This document shows positions 11,939 to 25,218 of a DNA stretch of 64,000 nucleotides, piece after piece. Position 1 is the first letter of the stretch. Each line of letters starts with the position of its first letter. Origin of the DNA: Phoronis australis (taxonomy: Eukaryota; Animalia; Phoronida); contig NMRA01000048.1 in assembly GCA_002633005.1 (NCBI GenBank), forward strand, positions 1,103,582 to 1,167,581, written 5' to 3'. The position numbers were made by a program, and so were the translations under genes. The notes under the pieces are model-generated. The model was not told where the DNA came from, searched no databases, and worked only from the letters and a program-made list of their open reading frames with translations.

Positions 11939-12336
11939 NNNNNNNNNNNNNNNNNNNNNNNNNNNNNNNNNNNNNNNNNNNNNNNNNNNNNNNNNNNNNN
12001 NNNNNNNNNNNNNNNNNNNNNNNNNNNNNNNNNNNNNNNNNNNNNNNNNNNNNNNNNNNNNNNNNNNNNNNNNNNNNNNNNNNNNNNNNNNNNNNNNNNN
12101 NNNNNNNNNNNNNNNNNNNNNNNNNNNNNNNNNNNNNNNNNNNNNNNNNNNNNNNNNNNNNNNNNNNNNNNNNNNNNNNNNNNNNNNNNNNNNNNNNNNN
12201 NNNNNNNNNNNNNNNNNNNNNNNNNNNNNNNNNNNNNNNNNNNNNNNNNNNNNNNNNNNNNNNNNNNNNNNNNNNNNNNNNNNNNNNNNNNNNNNNNNNN
12301 NNNNNNNNNNNNNNNNNNNNNNNNNNNNNNNNNNNN
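11939..12336. other. Assembly gap (398 N)
   Basis: Run of N. Confidence 1.
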
Positions 12337-12486
12337 AAACAGATACATTGCATAAACAAACCCTGGATCATGTTTTGTGTCCCGTCGGAAGAAAATTTAA
12401 ATTCGAAAACATCTTCTGAAAACGCACAAAAAAGTGTATTAGTAAAATCTACTGATTTTTAAGTGGTTTTAAAAAACAATCGGTAA

Positions 12487-12651
12487 ACTCACCGATTTTT
12501 GTCTCATTACTTTGATACGTGTCTCTTCCGATAAGTTAGTACCTAACGTGCACACGAGCACTCCAAATTGGAACGCTAAGTCCCGCGTGGTTGCGCTGCA
12601 CGCGAAACAAGATGGCGGACGACCTTTGGAGCCTGACGACAATAGGTAACC
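12487..12651. promoter_or_regulatory. Candidate bidirectional promoter / first exons of the LOTUS gene (minus) and TMCC (plus)
   Basis: CpG-rich patch; YY1-like AAGATGGCGG at 12609-12618; minus-strand donor G|GTGAGT (ACTCAC 12487-12492); plus-strand donor AG|GTAAC at 12645/12646. Confidence 0.55.
12612..12645 (+). CDS. Candidate TMCC first exon, MADDLWSLTTI, phase 1
   Basis: aagATGG context; donor ATAG|GTAACC; phase fits the acceptor at 38119. May instead be a non-coding leader. Confidence 0.45.
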
Positions 12652-12654
12652 GGA

Positions 12655-15600
12655 CTATATACTACAAGGTATGACACCCGGGACTAAGAATTCCACAGAT
12701 GCTTCACTTCAGCCATTCATATAAAACACATAACTTAATAAATTTGCACAAGACAGGGGTTCAACAAACCTGATCTGTTCCTATCTCAAAATGCTAACAG
12801 TGTATGGAAGTATTTTGGTTGTTAATTACATAAACATTGTAACTGGGTCAAAAGGTTTAGTGGAAAATTTTAATACACTAAGTGGTGTTTTTGACCAATT
12901 CACTTTATAGCAAGATTACCCCCCAAGTTTCTGTTAACTTAGTGGCCACAATTTGCTGCACCAGTCTGGGTTGTACATGCAAATTTTGTTTTTGAAACAT
13001 TTGTAGAATCACTTTAACCAATGCAAAGCAAAATTAAAAAATGCATTAAAAATGGTTAATTTACTGCCCACAGTATGCAGGTGTTATGTCACCTCAAGTA
13101 GTCGAACCAAATTTATACCAAGGTGACATTTCAGTTGACACATTTTGGTTATTTTAATAACAAGGAATTGCCCAAAATTATACCAGTTTCTTCTAATAAA
13201 TATTGTGGAGCCTTGGTAGTAGTGTTGTTTTATAGTGAAGTTAACATAATGCAGTTAGATAGCTTAGCAAAGATATTATTTGGCAGGCAGACTCTTGAGG
13301 GTCTCCCCTTGTCCCTTGCTCCAGCGTGAGTGTAATTTGATTGGCATTTTTAAAATGTGGGCTTTGGAATCAGCAAAAGTGTTGCCTGAGTGTAAATCGC
13401 CTCTGTAACGTGATGCTTGTGGTAAGCTGCTGAAAATACACTGGGGGTATATAAGATGTTTTCATTACGATATTATTTTGACTGAAATCTTTATGAAGAT
13501 TTAGCTCTCTGTCACTGATTTTCATTTTGAACAGAATTTTTTTATATGAGAATTTAAACCCATTGGGCTTCAAGTTTTCAGTCCAATTTGGAAGACCTAT
13601 GGACCATGTTATGTTTTGTCCATTTTGAATCCAGTTTTAATGGACCCGTTGGCCCGAGTCAAGCTACAGAGCGCATCAATGAAATTATTTTTGTGCCACT
13701 GACGCAGAACGTGCTCTTAAAATTATCCGTGACAATGTCTCGCAGGCTATCATTTCATTTACAAAATGGATCCACTAAAGAACTTTTGTGATTTGTTCTC
13801 AGAAATAAAATCGCCCATGTCGAAGTTGTGGATAAGGTCTGCGTTTGTTATCTTGAGCAGCATGTATTTAGATTAAAAATTCTTGAGGCAGTAATTATCC
13901 AAATTTGAGTCTCCAACTACATTATCAATTGTCAATACAATGGCGTCAATAGAATTTTGTATTCATTTAGTTGATTTTTGGTTTTCCCTAGTGGTGCCTG
14001 TTGTCCTGACATTTGACCTTTGACATCCCTGTTGTACTTATACCACTGACCCCTGCCTTGCGCATTTCATTTTTTAAATTGTAGAAATAAGGCGGGAATT
14101 TTACTCACATATTGAATAGTATATGATGACCGAAGTACCAGGTAGATAACTTCCAGACGAATATATCTTCGTTTTACCATGTGGATTGCTTATTTCGGTG
14201 TCACGTCTTTGGGACAACTGTTATGACCTCTGACCCCAGATGACAATTGGACAATGTGAAAAAATGGTGATTAAACTGGAAAAAATCAAATCAAGCTATG
14301 TGTGCATTGAGACTTATTACAAATTTTTAAGTCTGGTCTGCACGCCACCTATTGGCCACATCACGTGATCTTGAGATCCATGCAGGTTTAAGATTTACAT
14401 ATATATTTGAGACTTATTATTATTATCTAGCAGAACAATCAGATACAATACTCAGTGCTGCGCGGTCGAGATTTTCTTTTGATGAATGTTTAGACAGACA
14501 CTATTAGTCCTAAATGGTTAACTCTTTTAACAGATAACATTATGTTTCCTGGCGTAGTTTAATAAATAACTCCTTTTAAGAAGTCAATTAAAAATACAAT
14601 GGACTGGTACTATCATGTTAAAAAGTTGTTCTTTCCCCCCCAAGTTCAAATTCCTGGATCTGCCCCTGGCATAGCTTGGTTCACATTGGAGATAAAATCC
14701 ACTGGCTCTGCCGCGTTTAAACCGGCTGTCAAAATCAATACTTAAGATTATCTCAAACCTTAGTCACAAAAATGGCCATTTTTGCAATATTTCACATGTG
14801 TCTAGAAAAAAATACCTCATCGTCATTCTCGGGGACCTTCAAGTACAAAATATATACTGCGTAGCGAGAAAAAAAGATTTAAGAGAACCACCTTGGAACT
14901 GCACAACCGCTTGGATATTTGTTTACTAATTATCCGAGGTCGAATCTCCCACCAGGTACAGAACAGCTTCGTATACCCTCAGTCCTTTCATTCACAAAAT
15001 CTCCATAACATTGAGTCAACGAGGTGTACTTATGATAGAATGGTGCCGGGGAGTTGTGCGTCTACATGTATACAACCGTTGGCGTTGAGAACGAATGCTA
15101 CGGTCGCGTCAGGCCTTTGTGGTCATGAACACAGCAAGTTGTGAAAAAAGATAAATCCTCGCCCTAATTCCTTCATTCAATTAATAAATTGACATTTCAA
15201 TGTTTCAATCTCATGTTAACGACATGCTTTAACCACCGATTCGATTTTTGTGATCCATTTCTTACTTGGTTTCGTATCAGTCTCCCAGCACGTGACGTGT
15301 ACAGGCTATGTGTATAACAATGAATGAACTGTGACCTATTTATGTAAAGTAGCCCAAAAGGTCGCAAACAACAACAAGAGTTAGATGGGAATGGTACGTT
15401 TTAATGATAATTAAGTTAATTACGCACTGCAAAATCAGTTGACATTGCCAGTGAATGTTGAAATAGTGAACATATTTAAGGCTTGTATATGTTATATGTA
15501 ACAAGTTTTCACCGAATAATTAACCGAAGACTTTTAGATTTTCACTTGTTCCACTTTAATCGGCTTTTTTGAACTTAGCAACACGAGTTGTCGAAAACGA

Positions 15601-16615
15601 CTCGGTGGATTTTGCTGAAACTTTCCAAATTTAATATTTAGTCGTCAGTCTCAAAATCGCTGTTAGGATTTTCGATATAAAGGTCTATTTTTGGGTAATG
15701 TATCAAAGATGAACACGACTTCCGTTTTTTACAAAGATACCTTATGTTCTGCGAGTTGATTTGTCATAGAAACCAAACGAAAAGACTAATCGAAAATTCC
15801 TAACAGCCTTTTTGAGGTAACTGGTGAGGTTTTCATTTAAAAAAAGTTTCATTAAAATCGACTGAGGGGTTATTTTGGTATGAATGTACCTTTCTTAAAA
15901 ATAAAATTTTGGCTTAAATAAGGTTTTTACGTAAAAATAATAATGGTACATTAATACAAAAAGTATTTTCCCTACTCTTTTTTCTTTCAGAAAAGGTATA
16001 CTTTTACTAGTTGACAAAGCTTAGTTTTTTTGATATATGAGTTAGAATAGAGGCCACTAAATAAGGTTGGAAATTACCTTAAAGTGTGAATCGTTGCAGT
16101 TGTTTTCACCTGTTGCTTTATGACACCTTTAATGTCCAGTTAAAACATCAAATGCATTTTATGTGCCGTCTAAAGTTTTTGTGGTCTCATGTAATCTTTA
16201 CACAGTCCATCGCTCGGATCAGTCCATCAAACGGATTTGACTACTGTGGTTTCCCCTGCTAGCCGTTTTAGAAATCCCTTGGCTGTCACTTTCTGGCAAA
16301 ATGACGTGGAATTTTGGTTAAAGTTGGCGTTGTGGTTTGTGGAGGAATTGCGACTGCACCAACTGCCGTAGCAGTTGCACCAGTTGTGTTTTGTAGTTGA
16401 CTACCCTACCACTCTCTGTCGGCAGTTGTAGTTTTTGTTAGATTTCCATTGTCGGGCAGTTATTATCATATAAATGTGATAACACTTGGCGCATTAGTTT
16501 ATGGTTAGAAAGAGCTTGCATCAATTGAATTTTGGACATATTCGACTATTGTTGCATCCCCTAATGGTCGTTTTAATTTGCTACAAAATATTGGTTGTGT
16601 TGTTCATCACTTGTA
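12655..16615. repeat. Copy 2 of the ~3.9-kb direct duplication
   Basis: Colinear with 8012-11938; lacks ~35 bp present at ~10416-10450 and has ~80 bp extra at ~15506-15590. Confidence 0.95.
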
Positions 16616-17763
16616 GTGAGAATGCCTTGACACATTTTGATAGAATTAGAGAAATAGAAATATTACAGGTTGCCTGATTTGTCTCCAGTAGCATCCCCTG
16701 TAGGCCATTTTAGTTTTTGACTAGATGCTGCTTATTGCAGGTTTTTGATGGACCTTGACAGTTGCATGTTTGGGGTGCACTCCTACCAGTTAGTTTTTAG
16801 CTTTGGTATCACAGTGGGCAAGTTAGTTGAATTATTATAAATAAATCGATACTGATGAAGACCCCTAGAAGCATACTATTTGTTGTGCATTTTGTGGGTT
16901 CATAGTCACTGGTTAATGCTTAAGAGTAATCACATTGACGATTTTTTTGTGACTTGTTGATATGTGTATGAAGTTGTTGCTAAGGTAGAGGTTGCTAAGT
17001 TACAGCGTACAGTACATCCAGGGATAACTAATTTGATGGCAGTAGTAATCACTTATTATTAATAGCGCCCAATCAACATTATGAGGAGATCTGTCTTCTA
17101 GTTGTTCCCGGATGGGTAACCACGCCACTGCCAGTAGGTGTGCAACTCTTTTCATTAATTTTTCATGTGTTCCTGTACTGCTTGAACTTGGCTTACACTT
17201 AATCTCAAAATCGCATGTGCGTGAACAACAAGTTTCACCTGACCTTGTACACATGTTGATTATTCGATTCTCAACAATACACGACGTTGAGATCAAGTGT
17301 GCCTTTGTTTATGTCACGCAGTGGACTCCATGATCAGGGTAGCATTCACTAGACCAAGTTTCCTCCGAGAAAAGCGAGACCACGCAAAATCACATGAGTG
17401 GCAGTGGAGTGTTTAGCGAGTGGGCTCGAGACTTTACTACTGTAACCTTGCAAAATGGCAGCCACTAAAATGATATGGTCAGTGAGGTCAAAGTTCATAA
17501 ATTATGGGATAGTTTCCCTTCCTTAAGTGAAGATTTTTCCCATCAAGTAGGCGGGTAATGTCTTGGGTCTTGGGAATACAACCCAGTACAAACGGATCAC
17601 CTTAACCAACCTTTTGATTTCCTATGTCATCTGTATCACCTGATCCAGGATGGATGGTTGACATAGACTGATTAGTGTATTTAATCCATCTATCAATTTT
17701 GTTCAAATACAGCCTGTTTACTCTCCAATACACATTGTCTGTGTGGATTTGACATATCAACAT

Positions 17764-17809
17764 ATGAAAATCTCAAATAGGTACATCCCTCAACATCAAA
17801 AGCACACAG
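17764..17809 (+). CDS. Candidate alternative first exon MKISNRYIPQHQKHT, phase 1
   Basis: ATG to CAG|GTAAAA, open frame, A-rich against a T-rich intron background. Confidence 0.3.
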
Positions 17810-20800
17810 GTAAAAATGAATTGTGAAGTTGACAAGATTAAGCTTTTATCTCAGGCTCTTAGTTTCAATGCATGGAGACTTTGGAACATTGTTGTGTTCA
17901 TAAGCCTACCTGAAACATTCAAGTTGAATAACTGTTTTATGAACAAGAAAACCCAGGTGCGCAATAGAGAGTGGTCGTGGTTGTTTTGTCTTTGTGAGTA
18001 TCTTAAAAACTATAATTGGTTAGTCGGTCATTAGCTCGGACATTGGCCCCTGATTGAAGTGCGATGTTGTGCACCCATTCAGTTGTTTAAGTTCAATCAC
18101 CAATGTGTGAAAAGCTGACCAACTGGTCGTAGTATGAGTCACCAGTACCAATCACTTATAGTGGGCAGTTGTACAGACAGTCTCATTCAAGATCTGAATG
18201 CATTTTTATCCACCATCCAGGACCTGAATGCTTTCCATTGATCGTGGCCCTTGAGTAACTCATGTGTGAACAAATGGTGGGTTTTCTGCTATTCCACAAT
18301 GTAAACATACATAGCCCACACTACATGTCCTAGATGATGGAAACAGCTGAGTGTCTACTATTATTCCTGATATAGTTTTCCTGTTTTGCAGGTGTCTGAC
18401 AGATCATGAGGGACTGTTATTGACAGTGTACTAAGTTGTACCCTGTGCTAGTGATTAATGATTTAGCCAGGACCCAGTCGTGAGAAATATGTTTGTAAAC
18501 AGATTCATTTGAAATTCAAATAGGTTTAGCGATAGTCTTATTTCATGTCACGATGACTCTCATCTTTTGGTTTTTTGTCAGTGATAGATCATAGATTGCC
18601 CTTTACTATCATCTCCTAACTCCACCCAGAGATTGGAATATGTGTGTCAACTTGAGACACAGCATCGCCCTAATGTGATATTGATCCTTGGCACCATGAC
18701 AAATGGAACATTTAAGACATAATTCCAGGGAGATTTTCCACCATTCTTTAACGTTCTAATGCAGATGACTGAGATGAGGCGATTACGATTTCTGATGAAT
18801 AATTGGTGTTACCCTTGTAGCACATACACATTTATAGTCTGGTCAAGAACTCTATCATGTATTACGTAGGTATTGGCATGAATTTACGCAATAGCCATTT
18901 AATTATTTGCTTTGTGCTTGGCACTAAAAGTCGTAGCCTTCCATACTGTCACAGTTACATTAATTGATCTCACTTCAGTGTTTTGGTCAGATTTATTTTT
19001 TGTTTTTCATTTTATTAGATCACAATCAGTGAGCATCATTTGTGCACAAAACATTGTTCAATGGTTGAATGGTGATGTAAGAGCTTTGAGTTACAGATTC
19101 TTTTGTGTCACTGTGAATTGAGCTTTAACTTGAAAATCCAATTTTACTAAATTCAGGTCAAAATGAATATTAAGAAGTTATAGGCCCTCTCCCAGCAATA
19201 GTAACCGAGTTGACAAACAGGTGAAGAACATCCGTGGAGGGTGTCGTAATCCAGGCTCATTTTGGACCAAGGATACCATCTTCTGACCATTTCATCAAAG
19301 TGTTGAGACAGGCTCATATATTCTCACAACTAGTTTGGTGTTACGGGTCCCTTGGTTCATGATTGGCTATAAAAATTGAGAGTTTTGATGCTTTTTTTCA
19401 ATTAAAATTCTCCCAACAATATTGTGTGGTGAGAGGTAGTCTCTCAAAATTCGAACAAAAGTAATCACTAAACTATGAGTTTCCAGTTTTCAAAAGCTCA
19501 CTGCGATGTTAAAATGTTCAAAAATGTCATCATGTGTTTGTCAATGGTACTATAAACTGTGCACATATAACACTTGGGGGAAAAATGACCCCTTACGTGT
19601 CAAGAGTGAGTTTAGGCTCGAAAGTTGCCTAAATCAAAAGTTCATTTGAGGTATCAAGGTTTATGGCCACTTTAAATTGAAATATAGATCCTGTTGTGAA
19701 CGTTTATTTCCTAGTTAGAAAACCCTTTTTGTGCATTCTTTGGTTGAACTTGAATTTGATTGCAAACAAAATATTCTATCATAAGAATTATGAAAGAAAT
19801 TATTTTCATTTACTTTCTCGAATCGTTTAGGTAATAGTCACTTAGAGGGTTCCGGATGTTTTGGACCATTTTTTGAATCTTAAGGACTGTTTGTTTAAAT
19901 GGTTTTGACTACAGAACTTAAAGTATGTAAGGACAGATGCATTTTATTAATACATTTTGTCCTATTCAGTTATTGCCGTTATGATAAATCCTTTGTTCGG
20001 GTCCAGTAACCAATTTTAGCTTGACGTCAATTCCTTTTGTCAATACCTTCAACAAAAACACAGTGCAAGGCTTTTTGCTAAACACTGTACCTGAACTTCA
20101 TCAAAGATTTGAGTTCAGTGAGTGGATATATCACTTGTGTTTTTGGTGATCAATAATTGATTTATATATATATATAATTGATCATTTGGTTGGAAGAATT
20201 CACTGCAGTTTATGCTTTGCTGTTTATTGACTTGGACAATTAGGAATTGGACACACCCTATTATTGCCTTGTCACATGGTTTGTATAGCCATAACATAGT
20301 TACCCTCTTGACAATGCTGATGAAATATTTGAATTATGATACTCACCTATCCAGAAAATGTCATGTACTGGATTGATATTTGGTAAAAAGTTTGAGCAAG
20401 TTTTCCAGTTATGTAAGGTCCACGGTTTAGTGTGTCAGGAAGCTGGACAAGATGGTGTTGTGAGGAAAAGTGTGCAATCGCTGGTTTCTGTGAAGTTTTG
20501 CTAGGACACATCATGGCCAACAAGTGAAATTCGGTTTTACCAGATTTCTTCCCAAAAATAAAGTTTTTAGAAAGATTTATTGTATTACTAGCGTGCTTTG
20601 AACTGTGCAGATGTCATAAAACAACATTTGGTTGAGTTTTCATTATTTGTGTTATAGTAATCGGCTTTTGGAAAACGGAAAAATTACAATTTTAGCAATT
20701 ATTTTTGTTTGAAGTATTTGGATGGTTGCTATTTTTACAACGTGGCTCATCTTCAGATGATCTCTCGTAGTTGTTCTTAGAGACCCTGATTTTCCAAGAT

Positions 20801-22741
20801 AATACAAAACAGAGGGAATTCATGTACGGGTAATCCGACTTCTTTTATGTAGCATTAGAGGATTCAAACTTAATTCCTGTATAGTTTTCTGTAGTAGATA
20901 CTAGAACTCTATTATTTTTGTTTGTTAATTACCAAACTTAGGAACATAAACTGTCAAATTCAAATACAAGGGATTGATTCAAGGCACAGCTCCATCATTA
21001 ATCGCTTTGTGTAAAGTGCTATAAGCCCACCTTCCATCTCAAACAGCATTTGATTTGGTCTACTTACAGTTATGAAATTTGTCTCAAATTGCTCGTTTGG
21101 CAAATTGCTGGTGATTTCAGAGATTGCAAGGAATTAGCATTTCATTATTGCTTGACCATACTCTCCAAGTTGGCTCGTCGCTGTGGGTCATTCCATGCGT
21201 CAGGCATTCTCAAGGAACAAAGTGAGATGAATCTTACGGGTGATACCGTATGTCTGTTAAATGAAAATTTTGTTCCTTGGATGGCAAGTGGCCTTAAAGC
21301 CTCTCAAGTGGTGATGCTTTCTTTCAAGTTTTGTGAAACAATCAACATGGTGTTGAACAAGTAAAACAGAGATGCGGTCATATGTGTAATAGAAAGAAAG
21401 AGTACTAAGGTACTACCCAAAACATTTAAGGGGGTTTGACAAAAGGCTGTAAAGCAGTCATTGTTTACAACATTGACTAACATATAAAACATTTGAATAT
21501 GATTTTATGATTTTTTATTTCAAATAACAGCTTATTGGAGTTGAAAAATGTTGATTTTGCATTGAGTTTTTGTTATATTTGGCATTCAGCAGAATAATTG
21601 TGATCTTGAAATTGGTGTGCTTTTGAGAAGGTCAAGCTGTACATTCCTGATGTGACACTGAGCCAAAATAGCTTATAAATGAGGTTGGTGTCATCTAATT
21701 TTATCTCCTATGTCATACTAAGTATGATGAGTATCAAAATAAAACAAAGAAAAAGTTAAGGGACAGTGGAACTTTTTGTATAGAAGGCAACACTCAGATG
21801 CTCAAAATACAGAAAAATGTGTACTTAACCATTAAACCAGTAAATATAATTAATCTCTTAAAATATAAAAGTGATGCTGTACAACAAAATTTATTCATAT
21901 TGAAATGATTTCAGTTGTTAATTTGATTTGAAGTGACTTTTCAGTAACCAATGTAAATTTCACATTTTTGCCAATGTTGTTCACTCGGTTGTTACAAAAT
22001 AACTAATTGGGTGACCCTCACATTATGTGTGGTTTTGTATTCTTATCAAAGCAAACCCCAAAATACAAATTTTTAGGATTTGAAAAATTAATGATGGGGA
22101 TCGTTAATAATGGTGTCGAACATCCTAATGTTATTTGGAAAAACCACGGTCTCAGTCTATGTCTAGCAGTTTGGTAATCTTCAATAGCAATTCTTTTTTT
22201 GGAATAATTAAAATAATCGTGCCTTTACATTTGCTGCAATTTTTGCTTTTAGCAGTTTTCGCTCACGACTGCTTGCAGGTTTCTACATTACAGCATTATT
22301 TTTATTATATTACCACTTTTGGATTTGTAGTGATGTCTGCTTTAGCTAGTCTTTTGTTAAATGGTGGATTATATCATGTAACAACAGCCAATGAAAATTT
22401 TGACAAACACATGAAGTGATGTCATCTACCTTGGGGCAGTCCCTGTGGATCATCCATCAATTGACCTGTCTGACATTTGAACTTGTGCTGCACTGCAATC
22501 TGCTTCAAGTTCAACTCTGCTTGAACTGTCACCAGCCTGGCAGGAAGAGATCTTTCTATCCTGTCTGGACAATGATAAACCAATTTATTTGGTCTCTCTT
22601 GTCAAAGTCCTGGGAATAATGCTTGGCTCTTGTACTGGATGACTCATTCATGCTGTGTGCTCACTGATATTCAGATGTGAGCTGATTTAGTCATGAGATG
22701 TTGACTGTGGGAGACTGGATTTTTGTTATCCATTGTCGAAC

Positions 22742-22862
22742 ATGGAAGAAATAGATACTTGGTACCAGGACAAAAGAACAGAGCATCAACGCAAACTTTA
22801 TAACAGGAAAAGTGAGCCTGTGATTTTGATTAATGGCTATTACAGAAACAATAATGATGCAG
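22742..22862 (+). CDS. Candidate alternative first exon MEEIDTWYQDKRTEHQRKLYNRKSEPVILINGYYRNNNDA, phase 1
   Basis: aacATGG Kozak; 40 open codons; purine-rich; donor CAG|GTAGGA; phase fits 38119. Confidence 0.5.
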
Positions 22863-24683
22863 GTAGGAGGCAAATTCTGATGAAAATTAAATAAATTCTT
22901 TGTTATTTTAGTTCTAAATTTTTAGTGCATCTGGTAAGAAGTAAAAAAACTTGGCTTTTGTGAGGTTGTTATTTACAGTGACATGGTCATTTTTAGTTTG
23001 TTACTTTTTTTTCGTTTTCAACAGTTCTATTTAACAAAATATCTCCTTTACAATTTCCAAAGAAAGGAAACATATGTTCTCTAGTTGTCAGGATTTCAGG
23101 TTTCGTCCTCCTCTTTGATAAGTGACAATCCAGTATAATCCATGGAGTTTAATCTCCTTTTACTATCAATGTTCAGGCATCGGTGTTTAGGAGTGTGTCA
23201 GCAAAAACTTGATTCAAACTTTTTGGTATCAGTCAGTGGGAAGTGGGAACGCTTAATCCCATCTTGGAAAGACGTTCAACTCCACTGTAAACAGGCGAAT
23301 TTAACAATGGAGAGGCGTCAATACTACATTAGGAATGCTAAGTTCTAAGTTGCAGCGGTACCTTGATAACTTAAGTGATCCAGACATCACCTGGCAACAA
23401 CTTCTATGTTGGTTTCCTAGTTGTACCAAAGCTAATAGGCATGCTCAAGTTAGCTTTGCTGTCAATGCACTTTAAGTATTGCACTTTAAGTATTGGTTCC
23501 AGTAGACAATCATCGCATAGTGCACTTCTTACTTTATTGGCAAAATATTGACTCTGCATTATTTGAAAAGATACTCTCATGGAAATGTGCATTTATCTGG
23601 TCATGTGTGGTTGAAACATATATTTGCTTCTTTCCTTAGTTAACTGGAGCCACAAGTTATACCCATACAAAAATCTCACAAAAACTAGAGTAGACTTCTG
23701 TATCTTATCCAATTACAAATCAGTGCCATTTTGCTCTAGTCAAGTCAAAAAATTGATTTTCCTCTCAAGATATTGATGAGGCTGCCAACCTCAGAATTTT
23801 TTAAGAATGAGACTTTGCTCATCAAAGACGAACCATTTGGTTTTTCCAGTAATTTTGTTTCTGTTTGTGGTACCAAGGACAAATCATTTGTTTTTTTTTT
23901 CATCAATTTCCGTTCATGTTTCTATGACCAAACTTGCCTCCAGTATAGATAAGAAGAACGACTTGTTTTACACTGTTGATGAAGTTGCGATGTTATTTGT
24001 TGAACATTGGGAAAGTCATAGTGTTGCATGCTGGGAAAACCAAATCGAAATTTAAGCAAGTCCCAAATATTTGTGGAATTATGCGGTGTGGGATTCCTTC
24101 ATTTGCATAAGGAGACGTCTCAGTGAATATCCACATTGGCGGGTCTGTGTTGAACTTCAGCATTTCAAGATGAATTGGTTTGTAAGGCGTTGAACAAAAA
24201 TAATTGTGTGAAAGTTTCAAAACCAAAATTGTCATGAAACCCACTCTGTATGCTGTCCAGTTCACTCCAAAAGTAGTCGGACAAAAATAGGTCTCGCTGT
24301 CATGAAGGGAATTGACAGGTCACGATGGGTGATTACCCATGGTTCTAGTTATTCTGATTCCACTCGGACGTTATGACGGGTAATCTTGCTTTTGCACAGC
24401 TATCATAAAAGTCATTTTATATGTTTTTTCTGGCATGTACTAACTGTAAGTACTTCTGTTCATTTTTCAGTTTCCTGTTTCTGATTTTGAGGAACTGGGT
24501 GAATTATATTAAAACATTCTTATAGACCTATTTATATGCCATCTTGTTGTGTTTATATTCTGGTTTTCACAATGCATCTGAAATTGATAGATAAATGCTA
24601 TGTTTTGAAATTACTGTTGCATGACGAAAGATCAAGTCAAATGAATTATCAATGTCACACAGTCTGTGTTTTGGAGAGTTCTG

Positions 24684-25218
24684 AAGCATGTTCAATAGAG
24701 TGAGCGTCCACGAGCGATTTGAGCACCCTCGTCCTGAACAGCTGTGTTTACGTTAGCGCTCGCGAGTGTTCGCGAACAACCTCGAGAGCATGTTCGCTTA
24801 GATTTCCAAGATGGTATCCTGCGAAGGCTTCACGTCTGCAACATATGAACCAATTATGGTTCTGCAACACGAAAACTAACCTCAAAAGTTGACCGACTCA
24901 TCCGAAACTGTGACTTAAATCGCTGTAGCAATGAACAGTTTCCTCGACGTAATTTTCGATTCTTGTTGGGCTAAAGCCTTCACGGTTGTTGTCTTGGGCT
25001 GCCGATATTAATAATTATTGGCAAAGATTAATCATATTTATCGCTCAGTACGCCATAGGAAGGACTGTTAGTGTTAAGCTCATCGGCTAAGACGTTCAAC
25101 ACAATCTGCTTCAGAGTCGCCATACTGGATCGCACACTGAGCGCTCACAGCTGTTCAGGAGCTGTTCCTTGTGTTCGCGAGTACACGCTAGCGGGCGCTC
25201 ACTCTGTTGAACACGCTT
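24684..25218. mobile_element. PIF/Harbinger-like MITE (535 bp)
   Basis: ~26-bp TIR AAGCATGTTCAATAGAGTGAGCGTCC / GGGCGCTCACTCTGTTGAACACGCTT; CTG on both flanks (could also be read as a 5-bp TCTGA TSD); CpG-rich. Confidence 0.8.

Noticed and set aside
11824-12462. Five long ORFs
   Set aside because: Artefacts of translating the N gap.
19790-19836. ATG-donor unit MKEIIFIYFLESF(R)
   Set aside because: Phase 2 gives an early stop in exon 38119 and composition is intron-like; kept as an example of chance matches.
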